Part shown: positions 9,367 to 20,867 of the stretch, piece by piece | Position numbering within the stretch: the stretch's first letter is position 1 | How the letters are laid out: each line of letters opens with the position of its first letter | Source of the DNA: Gammaproteobacteria bacterium | Lineage (GTDB): Bacteria > Pseudomonadota > Gammaproteobacteria > UBA4575 | Length of the DNA stretch: 64,000 nt | NCBI GenBank assembly: GCA_965222615.1 | Contig: CBDCUI010000009.1 | Span: forward strand, 704,001 to 768,000 | Reading direction: 5' to 3' | Translations under genes and position numbers: made by a program | The notes under the pieces: model-generated | What the model was told of the DNA's origin: nothing | Seen by the model: only the letters and a program-made list of their open reading frames with translations | The model's database searches: none

Positions 9367-9636
9367 TTAGCGTCTCAATCCAAGTGAACCAATAAGATCT
9401 TGGTATCTTTTTTGATCTTTTGATCGTAAGTAATCAAGAAGTTTGCGTCGGTGATTGACCATCCTAAGAAGCCCATGACGCGAGTGGTGATCTTTTTTAT
9501 GTGTTTCGAAGTGCCCGCTGAGGTGATTAATACGTGCGGACAACAATGCCACCTGCACTTCGGGAGAACCGGTATCGGTATCGTCTCGTCGATATTTCTG
9601 AATTATCTCTGCCTTCTCTACTGCTGTAATTGCCAT
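9367..9636 (-). CDS. rpsO: 30S ribosomal protein S15
   Basis: [20 protein letters not shown]. Confidence 0.99.
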   Translation of the reverse strand: MAITAVEKAEIIQKYRRDDTDTGSPEVQVALLSARINHLSGHFETHKKDHHSRHGLLRMVNHRRKLLDYLRSKDQKRYQDLIGSLGLRR

Positions 9637-9699
9637 TTTTCAATCTTGCCTTTTCTTACTTACATTACCTACATTTTTGCCTGAAAATTTAAGAGGGCG

Positions 9700-9708
9700 A
9701 TTCTACCA
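9700..9708 (-). promoter_or_regulatory. Extended -10 promoter for rpsO
   Basis: TGGTAGAAT on minus followed by a GC-rich discriminator (cgccctc). Confidence 0.5.
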
Positions 9709-9789
9709 CGTAACCCATAGTGAACAACAAAAATTCCTGATTGCATCTAAAAACCAGCAAGATTTCCGAATTTGCCTCGATTTATAAAA

Positions 9790-10698
9790 CTAACTTAAGC
9801 ATTTAGGTGCAATACGACCATCTTCCAATACATTACCCACACCATAAAAATTATCTTGCTCATCATAAATTCTAACGAGCCCATTTGATGGCGCTCCTTC
9901 TACCCATATGGGAAGACCATTTTGTACTTTCTGCATGGTTTTTTCAGCTACAGACACAGCAGGGTAGTCTTGCAAGGCACTATCAGTTGATATTAATAAA
10001 TTATCTAATAATGAAGGCTGTTGCTCAGCATAATGTTGTAATTCTGAAAGAGTCGGCAATTTTGAGTCAACAAAAGGTCCAATACTCGTTCGTCTAAGAT
10101 TGATTACATGTGCACCACAGCCCAGTTTTTTTCCTAAATCTTCCACTAAGCTACGCACATAAGTGCCTTTTGAACAGTGTACATGCATAGCTAAACAATC
10201 TCCTTGTCGAGTTATTAAATCGAACTTATATATATGTACGGTTCTAGAACGTCGTTCTACTTCTATTCCTTGCCTGGCCAATTTATGCAATCTTGTCCCA
10301 TGATGTTTGATGGCAGAAAACATTGGTGGAATTTGATCGATTACACCTGTCAACTGTTCTTTGCTTTGAATGATGGCTTCATCAGTGACTAAAGATGCAT
10401 CCTTAGTCTTTAATACATTGCCATCCGCATCTCCTGTATCGGTAGTGACACCAAGCTGCAGTGTGACCTCGTATTGTTTATCTGCATTGAGTAGATAATT
10501 AGAAATTTTGGTTGCCTTGCCAAAACATATGATTAACATGCCGGTCGCAAGTGGATCTAAACTTCCGGTATGACCAGCTTTCGCAGCATTAAATAGTTTT
10601 TTTACTTTGCGTAATGCTAAATTTGAAGTGATGCCAGCAGGTTTATCAAGCAACAATAAACCATTTAATACGCGCCCTTTGCGTTGGTTAGCTCGCAT
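9790..10698 (-). CDS. truB: tRNA pseudouridine(55) synthase
   Basis: LDKPAG, GHTGSLDPLATG, CSKGTYVRSL. Confidence 0.98.
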   Translation of the reverse strand: MRANQRKGRVLNGLLLLDKPAGITSNLALRKVKKLFNAAKAGHTGSLDPLATGMLIICFGKATKISNYLLNADKQYEVTLQLGVTTDTGDADGNVLKTKDASLVTDEAIIQSKEQLTGVIDQIPPMFSAIKHHGTRLHKLARQGIEVERRSRTVHIYKFDLITRQGDCLAMHVHCSKGTYVRSLVEDLGKKLGCGAHVINLRRTSIGPFVDSKLPTLSELQHYAEQQPSLLDNLLISTDSALQDYPAVSVAEKTMQKVQNGLPIWVEGAPSNGLVRIYDEQDNFYGVGNVLEDGRIAPKCLS

Positions 10699-10820
10699 AC
10701 TTTACTAGATAAAGATACAAATTGTATTTAGTAAGATCTTGTAGCTTCTCCAACTCATCAGTTATTTCAAATATTATTTATGATCTAGTGCAATATGAGG
10801 GGTGTACATTTACTACTTAT

Positions 10821-10959
10821 TTAAAGAAGCCCTGATTTATTAATGAAATGACTGAGATTAGGCAAAATGATTTCGAAAAAACGGAGTGTATATAGGCATA
10901 CATGAGTATTTTGAGAAATCATTTTAACGACATATCAGAATAAATCAGGGCTTCCTTAA
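10821..10959 (+). mobile_element. Palindromic MITE-like element, copy 1 (short form); supplies the last codons and stop of rbfA
   Basis: 21-bp terminal IR ttaaagaagccctgatttatt / aataaatcagggcttccttaa (1 mismatch); central cggagtgta..tacatgag. Confidence 0.8.
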
Positions 10960-11298
10960 GCTCTCTTGAATCAGTTGCTCAATCCTCTCACTTTTGGCTT
11001 CAGTATCATCAATAATAAATCGTAAATCCGGCATTTTACGTAGTTTTAAATTGCGACTAAGCTGAGTTTTTAAGAACCCACTTGCACTTTGTAAACCCTT
11101 GAGCGTCTCTGCAGCATCTTGCTGAATATCTATGGGTCCGAAGTAAACTCTTGCCAAGCCCAAGTCATTGGTCACCACTACATCATAGATAATAATTTCT
11201 GACACACGGGGATCTTTTACTTCGTTACGCAATAGCATAGTAAGTTCACGACGAAGTAATTCTCCCACACGCAGAGACCTTGCTGACTCCTGTGGCAT
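10945..11298 (-). CDS. rbfA: Ribosome-binding factor A
   Basis: RVGELLRREL, KDPRV, LRKMPDLRF; between infB and truB. Confidence 0.96.
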   Translation of the reverse strand: MPQESARSLRVGELLRRELTMLLRNEVKDPRVSEIIIYDVVVTNDLGLARVYFGPIDIQQDAAETLKGLQSASGFLKTQLSRNLKLRKMPDLRFIIDDTEAKSERIEQLIQESLRKP

Positions 11299-11324
11299 GC
11301 TAGATATGTTTATTATTAATAATT

Positions 11325-13862
11325 CTAAATAGTTCGAGCGACTTCGGTGCGTTCATAGACTTCAATTTGGTCGCCGACTTTTACATCGTTGTAATTCTTA
11401 ACGGCGATACCGCACTCGGTGCCTGCCCGTACTTCATTGACATCATCTTTATGACGCCGCAAAGACTCAAGTTCACCTTCATAGATAACCACATTGTCTC
11501 GAAGTACGCGAATGGGATTACCACGGCGAATCACGCCTTCAACTACTTGTGTTCCTGCAACCGCTCCCATTTTTGAAGACCTAAATACGTCTTTCACCTC
11601 TGCCAAACCGATAATCTCTTCACGCAATTCTGGCGAAAGCAAACCACTCATTGCTTTTTTTACATCATCGATGGTTTCGTAAATGATGCTGTAATAACGA
11701 ATATCGATACCTGAATCTGCTGCTAAGCGTTTCGCAGCATTATCCGCTCGTACATTAAAACCAATAACAATAGCATTAGAAGCCTCTGCTAAATTTATGT
11801 CTGATTCATTGATACCGCCGACACTCGACATTACAATTTTTACTTTTACTTCATCTGTAGAAAGTTTCTCTAAAGAATCGCGTAAAGCTTCTGCACTACC
11901 CTGCACATCTGCTTTAATCAATACATTTATTGAAGCCGCTGCTCCATCCCCAATTTCATTAAATATATTTTCTAGTTTAGATGCTTGCTGTGCAGCAAAT
12001 CGAGTATCTCTGGATTTGCTTTTACGCAAATCAACAATTTCACGAACTTTGCGTTCATCTGTAACAACTATGGCTTCATCTCCAGCATTAGAGGTGCCAG
12101 AGAGCCCCAATACGACCACTGGAGTAGAGGGACCTGCCGTTTCAATTTCTTGACCATGTTCATTGAACATGGCACGTACACGCCCAAATTCTTCGCCTGT
12201 AAGTAGCATATCGCCTTTTGATAACAATCCCTGTTGCACCAACACGGTAGCAACCGGGCCACGGCCTTTGTCCAATGAAGATTCAATGACAACACCTGTT
12301 GCTGGCCCGTGGTCAACGGCCTTTAATTCTAAAATTTCCGCTTGTAGTGAAATTGCTTCCAGCAAATCATCGATACCTTCACCGGTCAGGGCCGAAACAT
12401 TGATAAAGATATTGTCGCCGCCCCATTCTTCTGGAATGACTTCAAGTGCAGCCAGCTCGTTACGAACACGATCAGGGTCAGAGTCTTCTTTATCGATTTT
12501 ATTCACAGCAACAATCATTGGAACATTTGCTGCACGAGAGTGTTCAACTGCTTCCGCTGTTTGTGGCATCACACCATCATCTGCAGCGGTTACTAACACA
12601 ACAATATCCGTAACTTCAGCACCTCTGGCACGCATCGCTGTGAACGCAGCGTGACCCGGTGTATCCAAAAACGTAATGGTGCCCTTATCGGTATTAACAC
12701 TATAGGCGCCTATGTGTTGGGTAATTCCACCGGCTTCGCCGGAAGCGACTTTAGTGCGACGAATATAATCAAGTAAAGATGTTTTCCCGTGGTCTACATG
12801 ACCCATGACCGTTACTACGGGATTACGCGTATGCGCTTGTGTATCATCATATTCAACTTGTAATACATCTGCCTCAATATCAGCAGCTTGCATCGGTTTC
12901 GCTTCGTGGCCAAGCTCTTCCACTACCAAGATTGCTGTATCTTGATCGATGACTTGATTAATGGTCGCCATCACACCCATTTTCATCATCACAGCAATAA
13001 CTTCCGCGGCTTTAATGGCCATCTTTTGCGCCAGATCCGACACAGAAATACTCTCTGGTACAAGTATTTCTCGCTTAATCGGTTCAGTGGGTTTTTCAAA
13101 TTTATGCTTATCGCTTGGTGCTACTTTCCCTGGTCTACGTTGTTTGGGCTTGGCTTTCCGTTTGCCGCGCTTGTCACTGGCAACATGCAATTCACGACGT
13201 TTGATTACTGTATCCGTTAATTCCTTTTCGGGTTCAGCTGGTTCTTCTTGCTGCGGTTCTTCAACTTTTACTTCAGATTCTTGTACTTCTTCCTCTTGTG
13301 ACTGTAACGGTTCTTGAGCAAGCTCTTGAACTTCAGGCACTGCTTGTTCTGTTTTTTCCTCTACTAGCTGGTCAACTTTTTCAGCGGCTTTTTGCTGCTC
13401 TTGTTCCGCTAATTTTTCTTTTTCTCTCGCTTCTGCTTCTCTTGCTGACTGTTCTAATTGCTCAGCAACTTGCTTTTCTCTTTCAGCTTCTTGCTCTAAT
13501 CTTTTTTGCTCAGCTTTGGCCTCTTCTTCTAATACAACACTTCTTTTCACGTAAGTGCGTTTGCGCCGCACTTCAACATTAACGGTTGTACCACTAGCAC
13601 CGCCTCGGCCTTGCGCTCCACTAACCTTCAATTGTGAAGTAGTTTTTCTCCGCAAGGTAATTTTTCTACCATCGTCTGCAGGTGCAGATATAACCTTGCT
13701 ACGATTGTTGCGTAAATGGTCAAGCAATTGCATTTTTTGCTCATCACTAACAACTTGATCCGCTGCATCAAATTCCATACCAGCCTCCGAAAATTGCTCT
13801 AGCAATTTCTCGACTGGTGTTTTGACTACTTCAGCTAATTGTTTAACAGTAACTTCAGACAT
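11325..13862 (-). CDS. infB: Translation initiation factor IF-2
   Basis: [25 protein letters not shown]. Confidence 0.99.
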   Translation of the reverse strand: MSEVTVKQLAEVVKTPVEKLLEQFSEAGMEFDAADQVVSDEQKMQLLDHLRNNRSKVISAPADDGRKITLRRKTTSQLKVSGAQGRGGASGTTVNVEVRRKRTYVKRSVVLEEEAKAEQKRLEQEAEREKQVAEQLEQSAREAEAREKEKLAEQEQQKAAEKVDQLVEEKTEQAVPEVQELAQEPLQSQEEEVQESEVKVEEPQQEEPAEPEKELTDTVIKRRELHVASDKRGKRKAKPKQRRPGKVAPSDKHKFEKPTEPIKREILVPESISVSDLAQKMAIKAAEVIAVMMKMGVMATINQVIDQDTAILVVEELGHEAKPMQAADIEADVLQVEYDDTQAHTRNPVVTVMGHVDHGKTSLLDYIRRTKVASGEAGGITQHIGAYSVNTDKGTITFLDTPGHAAFTAMRARGAEVTDIVVLVTAADDGVMPQTAEAVEHSRAANVPMIVAVNKIDKEDSDPDRVRNELAALEVIPEEWGGDNIFINVSALTGEGIDDLLEAISLQAEILELKAVDHGPATGVVIESSLDKGRGPVATVLVQQGLLSKGDMLLTGEEFGRVRAMFNEHGQEIETAGPSTPVVVLGLSGTSNAGDEAIVVTDERKVREIVDLRKSKSRDTRFAAQQASKLENIFNEIGDGAAASINVLIKADVQGSAEALRDSLEKLSTDEVKVKIVMSSVGGINESDINLAEASNAIVIGFNVRADNAAKRLAADSGIDIRYYSIIYETIDDVKKAMSGLLSPELREEIIGLAEVKDVFRSSKMGAVAGTQVVEGVIRRGNPIRVLRDNVVIYEGELESLRRHKDDVNEVRAGTECGIAVKNYNDVKVGDQIEVYERTEVARTI

Positions 13863-13901
13863 CATTAATAATTATTAAACTAATATTTTTTAAAAAACCT
13901 G

Positions 13902-15407
13902 TTAACTTGTTGCACCTTCATTTTCAAACCAAGGCGCACGCGCAAGCATGATTAGTGAGCCAGCACGCTCGGCATCTAAGCCATCTATATCCAATAAATC
14001 ATCCACAGCCTGTTCGGCCAAATCTTCCATAGTGGAAATTCCTCTACAGGCAAGCTCAAAGGCTAAATCTTTATCCATGCCATCCATATTTAACAATTCC
14101 GCAGATGGCTCTGCCTCGGCAAACTTTTCTTCAACAGCAATTGCAGAAGTTAACAATACATCACGTGCACGCGTGCGCAGTTCTTCAACAATCTCTTCAT
14201 CGAATTCTTCAACTTCGATTAATTCTTTTGGTGGCACATATGCAATTTCTTCAACACTTGAAAAACCTTCCTGCGCCAAGATCACCGCAACTTCTTCGTC
14301 AACATCAAGTTGTGACATGAACATATCAACAATTTGACGTGTTTCCACTTCACTCTTTTCTTCTGCTTGACCTTCTGTCATTACATTGAGCTCCCAACCG
14401 GTAAGTTGACAAGCCAATTTTACATTTTGTCCACCACGACCAATAGCTTGAGATAGTTTTTCTTCATCTACAGCGATATCCATGCTTTTCTTGTCTTCAT
14501 CAACGACGATAGATGTCACTGCTGCTGGTGACATGGCATTAATCACAAACTGAGCTGGATTTTCATCCCATAGAATAATATCGATACGTTCACCAGCCAG
14601 TTCATTTGACACAGATTGCACACGTGAACCTCGCATACCTACACATGCACCAACAGGATCTAATCTAGGATCATTGGATTTCACTGCAATTTTTGCTCGC
14701 AATCCTGGGTCACGCGCAGCTGATATCACTTCAATCAGCCCTTGCCCAACTTCAGGTACTTCAAGTTTAAATAATTCAATTAAAAACTCTGGCGCAGTAC
14801 GAGTTAAAAACAATTGCGGACCGCGTGTTTCTTCGCGCACTTCTTGTAAAAATGCACGCACGCGATCACCTGGACGCATGGCTTCGCGTGCGATCATATG
14901 CTCACGTGGAATGAATCCTTCAGCATTGCCACCCAAATCAATATAGGTACCTGCATGGTCACTACGTTTCACCACACCCATCACCAGTTCACCAACACGA
15001 TCTCGAAAAGCATCGACAACCTGTGACCGCTCTGCTTCACGCACTTTTTGCACAATAACTTGCTTGGCGGTATGAGCAGAGATACGACCAAATTCCACTG
15101 ATTCAATCTGCTCCTCAATGTATTCACCCACTTGCATTTCAGGGTGATCTTTTATTGCATAGCTATGTAGTATTTGCCGTTCCGGTGATTCAAATTCGGG
15201 GTCTTCATCGTCCATCACTAACCAACGCCGAAACGATTCGTAGTCACCAGATTCTCGATCTATTGCAACGCGCACATCCATTTCCAGACCATGCTTTTTT
15301 CGTGTTGCTGTAGCTAATGCCGCCTCAATCGCTTCAAAGATAATCTCTTTATCCACGCCTTTTTCATTTGATACTGCATCAACAACTAACAAAATTTCTT
15401 TATTCAT
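13902..15407 (-). CDS. nusA: Transcription termination/antitermination factor NusA
   Basis: [32 protein letters not shown]; S1/KH domains and acidic repeats. Confidence 0.99.
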   Translation of the reverse strand: MNKEILLVVDAVSNEKGVDKEIIFEAIEAALATATRKKHGLEMDVRVAIDRESGDYESFRRWLVMDDEDPEFESPERQILHSYAIKDHPEMQVGEYIEEQIESVEFGRISAHTAKQVIVQKVREAERSQVVDAFRDRVGELVMGVVKRSDHAGTYIDLGGNAEGFIPREHMIAREAMRPGDRVRAFLQEVREETRGPQLFLTRTAPEFLIELFKLEVPEVGQGLIEVISAARDPGLRAKIAVKSNDPRLDPVGACVGMRGSRVQSVSNELAGERIDIILWDENPAQFVINAMSPAAVTSIVVDEDKKSMDIAVDEEKLSQAIGRGGQNVKLACQLTGWELNVMTEGQAEEKSEVETRQIVDMFMSQLDVDEEVAVILAQEGFSSVEEIAYVPPKELIEVEEFDEEIVEELRTRARDVLLTSAIAVEEKFAEAEPSAELLNMDGMDKDLAFELACRGISTMEDLAEQAVDDLLDIDGLDAERAGSLIMLARAPWFENEGATS

Positions 15408-15424
15408 ACTCTTTAACTCAATGT

Positions 15425-15901
15425 TCAACCATTAAATTTAATATCTACATCCAATTTTGCATTTTTAATTGCGTTGATAGGAACCGTATAGAAATCCTTC
15501 CCATCAACTTTAACTTCAATATCTTCATCTCCAACTTTTTCTAAGATACCGCTAAAATTCCTACGCTCTCCAATGGCCCAAAGTGTTTTAATTTTGACTT
15601 TACTGCCAATAACACCTTTCATTTGCTCGGCACTAAATAACGGACGATTAATTCCCGGTGATGAAATCTCCAATGTATAAGGCACTTGAATTGGATCTTC
15701 TACATCTAATACAGCACTTAATTGCTGACTTACTCTTGAACAATCATCCAGTGTTATTCCTTCTTGTCGATCGATGTAAATGCGCACATGCGCGGTCTTT
15801 ACACCAGATTGACATTCCAGGCCCCAAAAGTCGTAGCCCATGCCGACAATCACTGGCTCAACAACTGGCAAAATGCCATATGGGTCTCTATACAAATTCA
15901 T
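15425..15901 (-). CDS. rimP: Ribosome maturation factor RimP
   Basis: [25 protein letters not shown]; upstream of nusA. Confidence 0.96.
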   Translation of the reverse strand: MNLYRDPYGILPVVEPVIVGMGYDFWGLECQSGVKTAHVRIYIDRQEGITLDDCSRVSQQLSAVLDVEDPIQVPYTLEISSPGINRPLFSAEQMKGVIGSKVKIKTLWAIGERRNFSGILEKVGDEDIEVKVDGKDFYTVPINAIKNAKLDVDIKFNG

Positions 15902-15910
15902 TTACACAAT

Positions 15911-16040
15911 AAAAAAATGGGCTTATGAGCCCATTCTTATTAAATTCATTTCCTTATGCAGCGACATTTGCAACTACCTTCTCAATCTTTACAGAATGAG
16001 AAAAACAAGCTGCAATAAAAAAGGCCCACTTGGGGCCCTC
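15911..16040 (-). promoter_or_regulatory. rimP leader with two terminator-like hairpins
   Basis: Minus strand gggccccaagtgggcctttttt and aatgggctcataagcccattttttt, like the gammaproteobacterial metY-rimP leader. Confidence 0.6.
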
Positions 16041-16218
16041 CTATTCATTGATTAAACAATGACTTATCACTTATCAACTGCGCAATATTATAAGTAAAAA
16101 AAATCACTTCATCAAGCCAGTGACAAAAATAGACATCATAAGCTTACCAATGGGAGCAATTTGAAGATAAACCATGAATTCATCGAATTAAGAATTGATA
16201 TTAATTAGCAATGGACAC

Positions 16219-16252
16219 AAAAAAGCCTGAATACTTAGCATATTCAGGCTTT
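16219..16252 (-). terminator. Intrinsic terminator after the globin gene
   Basis: gcctgaata-N7-tattcaggc with a T-run on minus. Confidence 0.75.
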
Positions 16253-16271
16253 CTTGACTGATTAAGCGTTT

Positions 16272-16634
16272 TTAGACGTCGACAATATCACCTTTCATTG
16301 AATATAAAATGCAAAGTACTTCGTCACGTTCTTTTTGACCTACATTGTTTTTATCCAATGCAGCGAGTACGTCATCACATACAGCATTAAATTCAGTATC
16401 ATTAATATTCATGCCTCGATGTGCGGTGAGCATGTCTTGCCCAGTATACTCTTGGGGTCCACCAATACCTGAGCAGAAAAATTCCCATACCACTTGCTTG
16501 ACCTTTTCACCGTCACTATTGATATAGCGATTTTGTACTTTGGGGTTACTCGTATGATTGGCCCAAACATCCGCTACGATCTGTCTTATTTTATCGCCTC
16601 CGCCCAAACGGTCATATAAACTGGCTTCACTCAT
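16272..16634 (-). CDS. Group I truncated hemoglobin (2/2 globin)
   Basis: SLYDRLGG, GGPQEYTGQDMLTAHRGMNI with proximal His; GAGGAG RBS. Confidence 0.88.
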   Translation of the reverse strand: MSEASLYDRLGGGDKIRQIVADVWANHTSNPKVQNRYINSDGEKVKQVVWEFFCSGIGGPQEYTGQDMLTAHRGMNINDTEFNAVCDDVLAALDKNNVGQKERDEVLCILYSMKGDIVDV

Positions 16635-16922
16635 TTGCAAAACTCCTCTCTTAAATTATTGAAATTATTACGTCTTCTTTTACAAGTTTTGAGGCCTTAT
16701 TGTACCTATATCTAGACACCAGTTTCTAGCAAATATCTATACCTAATCCTAGTTGCAACGGCACTTTGAAAATTGGCTTTTAATTGCAGCTTTTGGGTCC
16801 GTAACACTAGCCAAGTTACTGAATTATGTGGGTAAATATCGATTGCAGAACAGTCTAAGAGATAAAATGCAGCCTATTCAGATAGCTAATAATAGGACTT
16901 CGTATTTGCTAAAGAATCTTAA

Positions 16923-17843
16923 TCACAGCAACAATTTGCCTGATCCTTGACTTTGGTTGAACCTTGTTAAGGTGTCTGCGGTGCGCTGATAACCAAACTC
17001 AATGAGTTCCTCTGCCCGATCAAATTCATACCACGTGCAAATATTACGTGGGATCTCAATTACCACATCTGGACGATAGGATGCCAATTTGAACCGAGCC
17101 ACTGATGTCTGCATAGTATCCATAGACTGTGTAACAAGATTAAAAACGCTTAACTCTTCAGAACTATCGTCAGTCGTTTTAGGCAATAGATTATCGATAA
17201 ATTTCTCAATCGCTTGTTGATATTTATTCTTTGCCACAGCTGTTTTTTCTTTTTGTTTTTTCTTTTGCTTTGGTTTGAATACTTCATCGGGACCATTTAG
17301 TGCCACCGCAATCGTCATTTGAGTATCATCATTTAGTGTAGGTGCAATCGGTATTGGATTGATAATACCTCCATCCACTAGCACTCGACCTGACAATTTA
17401 ACCGGCGAAAATATCATTGGTATGGCCATCGAGGCTCGAATTGCTTCAAACAAAGGCCCTTGTGTGAACCAGATTTCTCTTTGTTCGACTAGATCCGTTG
17501 CGACAGCAGTAAAACCAATAGGTAAATCTTCAATATTGTGGTCCCCGATCATCTCATTGATCACTTCAATGATTCGCTCACCTTTGAAAATCGATTTTTT
17601 ACTGAAGGATACGTCCAACAAACGCAAAATGTTTCGCCTTTTTAAAGCAGTGATCCATTCTGTGTAGACATCAAGCTCACCAGCTGCATAGATCCCGCCT
17701 ATCAAGGCACCAATTGATGCACCAGAGATATATTGAATTTTATAACCGCGTTCTTCTAAACAGTGGATAACGCCGATGTGTGCTAAACCTCTCGCGGCTC
17801 CACTACCAAGTACTAATGATATATTGAGCTTTTTTTTACTCAC
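16923..17843 (-). CDS. Patatin-like phospholipase (RssA family)
   Basis: GSGAARGLAH, GASIG, DGG. Confidence 0.92.
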   Translation of the reverse strand: MSKKKLNISLVLGSGAARGLAHIGVIHCLEERGYKIQYISGASIGALIGGIYAAGELDVYTEWITALKRRNILRLLDVSFSKKSIFKGERIIEVINEMIGDHNIEDLPIGFTAVATDLVEQREIWFTQGPLFEAIRASMAIPMIFSPVKLSGRVLVDGGIINPIPIAPTLNDDTQMTIAVALNGPDEVFKPKQKKKQKEKTAVAKNKYQQAIEKFIDNLLPKTTDDSSEELSVFNLVTQSMDTMQTSVARFKLASYRPDVVIEIPRNICTWYEFDRAEELIEFGYQRTADTLTRFNQSQGSGKLLL

Positions 17844-17953
17844 TTTGTTTTAAAAATCTCCTTCTTAATTTAAGAAAAGCCCTAATCATTCCTGTAGACC
17901 AAGTTGACCTCATTATAATGGAGATAAAAAAACCGTATACATTCGAACTGCAT

Positions 17954-19372
17954 TTATAAGTAAGGTGAAAATAACCACGCTATACCATCACGTATTTTTG
18001 TAAGCAATGAGCGCCCATCTACTTCTTCTAAAGTGACTTGTCTGCATGTTGGTAAGGCACCATCAACATATCGAATTAATTGTTCAGCAATATTGGCATC
18101 ATAAATTTCCAACCCGATTTCATAATTAAGCCGCAGACTTCGAGGGTCAATATTTGCCGAGCCAATCAAGCTATAGTGATTATCAACAACAAATAATTTT
18201 GAATGCGCAAATGGACCTGGCTGATAGTAAATGCATAGTCCCCTTTCAAGTAATTCCCATAGCATGTGGCGTGATGCCCAATGCACATAAGCCAAGTTAT
18301 TCTTCTCAGGAAGAATGATGTTTACTTTGACACCACGTAATGCAGCAAGTTGCAATGCACTGATTAATTCACGACTTGGTAAAAAATACGGTGTCATTAA
18401 AGTGATCTGACTCACCGCAGAATTGATAGCCGTGAGCAAGATGACGGATAAATGATCAAGGCTTTGGCCAGGACCATCAGTTATCGCTCGACAAATAGCG
18501 GGGTCGTCGGATAAATTTTCTATAGCACTGCTATTCGCAAGGCCCTTCCCTCCGGCAAAACGCCAATCCGATTCAAATACGCTTTTTAATTGTGAAGTTA
18601 TATCCCCTTGAATTTTAAAATGAATATCAACAAGCGACTTGGTAGCGCTATCATTATGGTAGTACTCATCGCTTATATTCATTCCTCCAAGATAGCTTGT
18701 TTCATCATCAATGATTAATAACTTCCGATGATTGCGTAAATTTATATATAAGTTAAAAGGAAAAAATTTGGGCGGTAAAAACAGTAGAGCCTGAATACCA
18801 TGTTTTTCTAATGCACTACGTACTTTTTTCCATGAATAAAATTCACCAATTCCATCAATTAATACATATACGCTTACACCGCGTTTATGTGCATCAATTA
18901 AAGAATTTACAAACTGACTACCGATTTCGTCATTTTTAAAAATATAGACACATAAATATATATTTTTTCTTGCGCCATTAATGGCGTTCAACATAGACGG
19001 ATAGGTTTTTTCACCTGCATATAGAATTTCTATCGTGTTGCCACCGATCAAAGGCAATTTAGTAATTTGCGATGAAACATTATGCAAATCTTTCAGCGAT
19101 TCAGGTATTTTTGCATCGAATGTTTCTGCATGTTTATTAAACTGAGCTTGAGATAAAGTAGGTTGAAGCTTTTGTGCACGCGTGTGTACGCGGTTTATGC
19201 CAAACAAAAAATATAATAGTGGGCCAAAAAAAGGCAGGAATAGACATACGGCAATCCAACCAAACGCAGCTCTCGGGTCTTTCTTATATATTAGTGCATG
19301 AACTGCCGCATAAACTGCCAGCAATAGCAAGAAAATACTGATAAGAAAGATGTAGGACATATCAAGTTTCAA
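17954..19372 (-). CDS. cls: Cardiolipin synthase (phospholipase D family)
   Basis: Two N-terminal TMs; HRKxxxxD and HSKxxxxD motifs; GGMN and GSAN. Confidence 0.9.
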   Translation of the reverse strand: MKLDMSYIFLISIFLLLLAVYAAVHALIYKKDPRAAFGWIAVCLFLPFFGPLLYFLFGINRVHTRAQKLQPTLSQAQFNKHAETFDAKIPESLKDLHNVSSQITKLPLIGGNTIEILYAGEKTYPSMLNAINGARKNIYLCVYIFKNDEIGSQFVNSLIDAHKRGVSVYVLIDGIGEFYSWKKVRSALEKHGIQALLFLPPKFFPFNLYINLRNHRKLLIIDDETSYLGGMNISDEYYHNDSATKSLVDIHFKIQGDITSQLKSVFESDWRFAGGKGLANSSAIENLSDDPAICRAITDGPGQSLDHLSVILLTAINSAVSQITLMTPYFLPSRELISALQLAALRGVKVNIILPEKNNLAYVHWASRHMLWELLERGLCIYYQPGPFAHSKLFVVDNHYSLIGSANIDPRSLRLNYEIGLEIYDANIAEQLIRYVDGALPTCRQVTLEEVDGRSLLTKIRDGIAWLFSPYL

Positions 19373-19435
19373 ATAGAGCTACGTATTAGAAAGAAATTTA
19401 ACCACACTTAGGTGTGGTAGTGGTGATCAGAATAG

Positions 19436-19521
19436 GAATCGCTTTGCGTAATAGATATGTGTGACTTCGTCACGCTTAATTTGCGCATAATACCCATGCG
19501 CACGTGTCCCACTCGCAAGTG
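19436..19521 (-). repeat. tRNA-trailer hairpin repeat
   Basis: gaatcgctt.gcg...atttgcg..taataccc motif shared with 21130, 21383, 37437 and 37593. Confidence 0.65.
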
Positions 19522-19563
19522 TGGTAGCGGGGGCAGGATTTGAACCTGCGACCTTCGGGTTAT
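19522..19563 (-). repeat. 42-bp exact duplication of the tRNA-fMet 3' half (att-like site)
   Basis: tggtagcgggggcaggatttgaacctgcgaccttcgggttat is identical to 20868-20909. Confidence 0.9.
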
Positions 19564-19785
19564 AAGCCTGTTTACTTTATATAGCGCACCAAGAGTCAAT
19601 TACTTACACACCTAAATTAGTCACATAGACACATTTATGGCCACACTTGTGACTATAGTTATCAAATCACTTGTGTATTACTTCCACTAGTTGACCTTTT
19701 CTCGAAATTGGCTGAAAAATAAACTTATACCCCTTTTCACCCATTAGGGAGAAAATAGGACTTTAATTTTGATTCAATCAAATGG

Positions 19786-20589
19786 GTGAAAACTATGGCG
19801 CAGTTCTTGAGAGATCTATTTATAACAAATACAAAAATTAAAGAAGATGACATTATTCAACTAATAGAAGTATTTGCTAATAGAGGGAAAGCTCTAATTG
19901 AATATAAGAAAAATGCAGGAGTTAATGATTACAAACCTGGACTCTCCTTAGTAATTAGATTTGATGGTAAAGGTTACCGTCTTTTTAGCACAGAAGAATT
20001 ACTTAGGCATTTTAATAGAGCAAAGAAAGTAGAAAGAATGATATTCACAATCGAGTCCACAGAAAGCATAAAAAGTAACAGAGCAGCTGGTGAATATTTA
20101 GAAGTTAGATTTGATACAAAAGATTTAAATAATTGCTACCTACAAGTTTCATCAGATGATTCAGATTGGGTTGATTCTTCGTACTCGGCTGTACAAGAAT
20201 TTTTAAATAAATGTAAAACAAAATATGGTTGGGTAAGAACTGGATGGACTACCTTAGCAATTCAACTTTTAGGTGTGATAGGTGGTTTTGGTCTTAGTTT
20301 ATGGGCTGCATCAATAATTGCACCAAGTCTGAAAATAGAGAATGCATTTATTATCACTTTTTTCTTTGCCTTACTTATATTCTCTAACTTCTGGGCATAT
20401 ATATACAAATGGGTTTTATTGTATGTAGATTCAGTGTTTCCAAATATTCACTTTTATCGTCCTAATAAAGACCGTATTAACTGGTTGATGCAAGCTCTAA
20501 TAGGCGGTATTGCCACAGCATTCGCACTTTGGATATTGAATTTAATATTTAAATATATTGGGAGTGTTCTTAGCGGAATACCGAAGTAG
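19786..20589 (+). CDS. Hypothetical membrane protein (soluble N-domain, about three C-terminal TMs), cargo of the tRNA-fMet islet
   Basis: 267-aa ORF, very AT-rich, opposite strand to neighbours; start may be ATG 19795. Confidence 0.75.
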   Translation: MKTMAQFLRDLFITNTKIKEDDIIQLIEVFANRGKALIEYKKNAGVNDYKPGLSLVIRFDGKGYRLFSTEELLRHFNRAKKVERMIFTIESTESIKSNRAAGEYLEVRFDTKDLNNCYLQVSSDDSDWVDSSYSAVQEFLNKCKTKYGWVRTGWTTLAIQLLGVIGGFGLSLWAASIIAPSLKIENAFIITFFFALLIFSNFWAYIYKWVLLYVDSVFPNIHFYRPNKDRINWLMQALIGGIATAFALWILNLIFKYIGSVLSGIPK

Positions 20590-20672
20590 GTACTAATTTA
20601 AATAAGTGCCGTGGACACACAGGCAACTTCAATCAAGTTGTAGGCATTTAGTAATGCTACTATTTTTATTAG

Positions 20673-20720
20673 TGGTCAAAAGCAAGGTTTTAAATTACGG
20701 CCTTCGGGCTATTACCCCGA
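20673..20720 (-). repeat. Degenerate additional copy of the tRNA-fMet 3' half
   Basis: cggccttcgggctattaccccga vs tRNA cgaccttcgggttatgagcccga (19/23), preceded by tggt...aggttttaaa. Confidence 0.55.
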
Positions 20721-20867
20721 TTCTTTGTTAGATACACTTGTGTAATTAAGGACTTAATTGCAATGAAGTGACAAAAATCACACTTCTAACTGTCACACTG
20801 AGTGGCAAATAAAATCACTAGTGACTCTATTTAGAACACTAACTAGATGATTTTATGAAATTTTATT

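Noticed and set aside
19408-19599. 63-aa ORF, or a second intact tRNA-Met
   Set aside because: Only the 3' half of the tRNA is present; the ORF is a translation of the att duplication and hairpins
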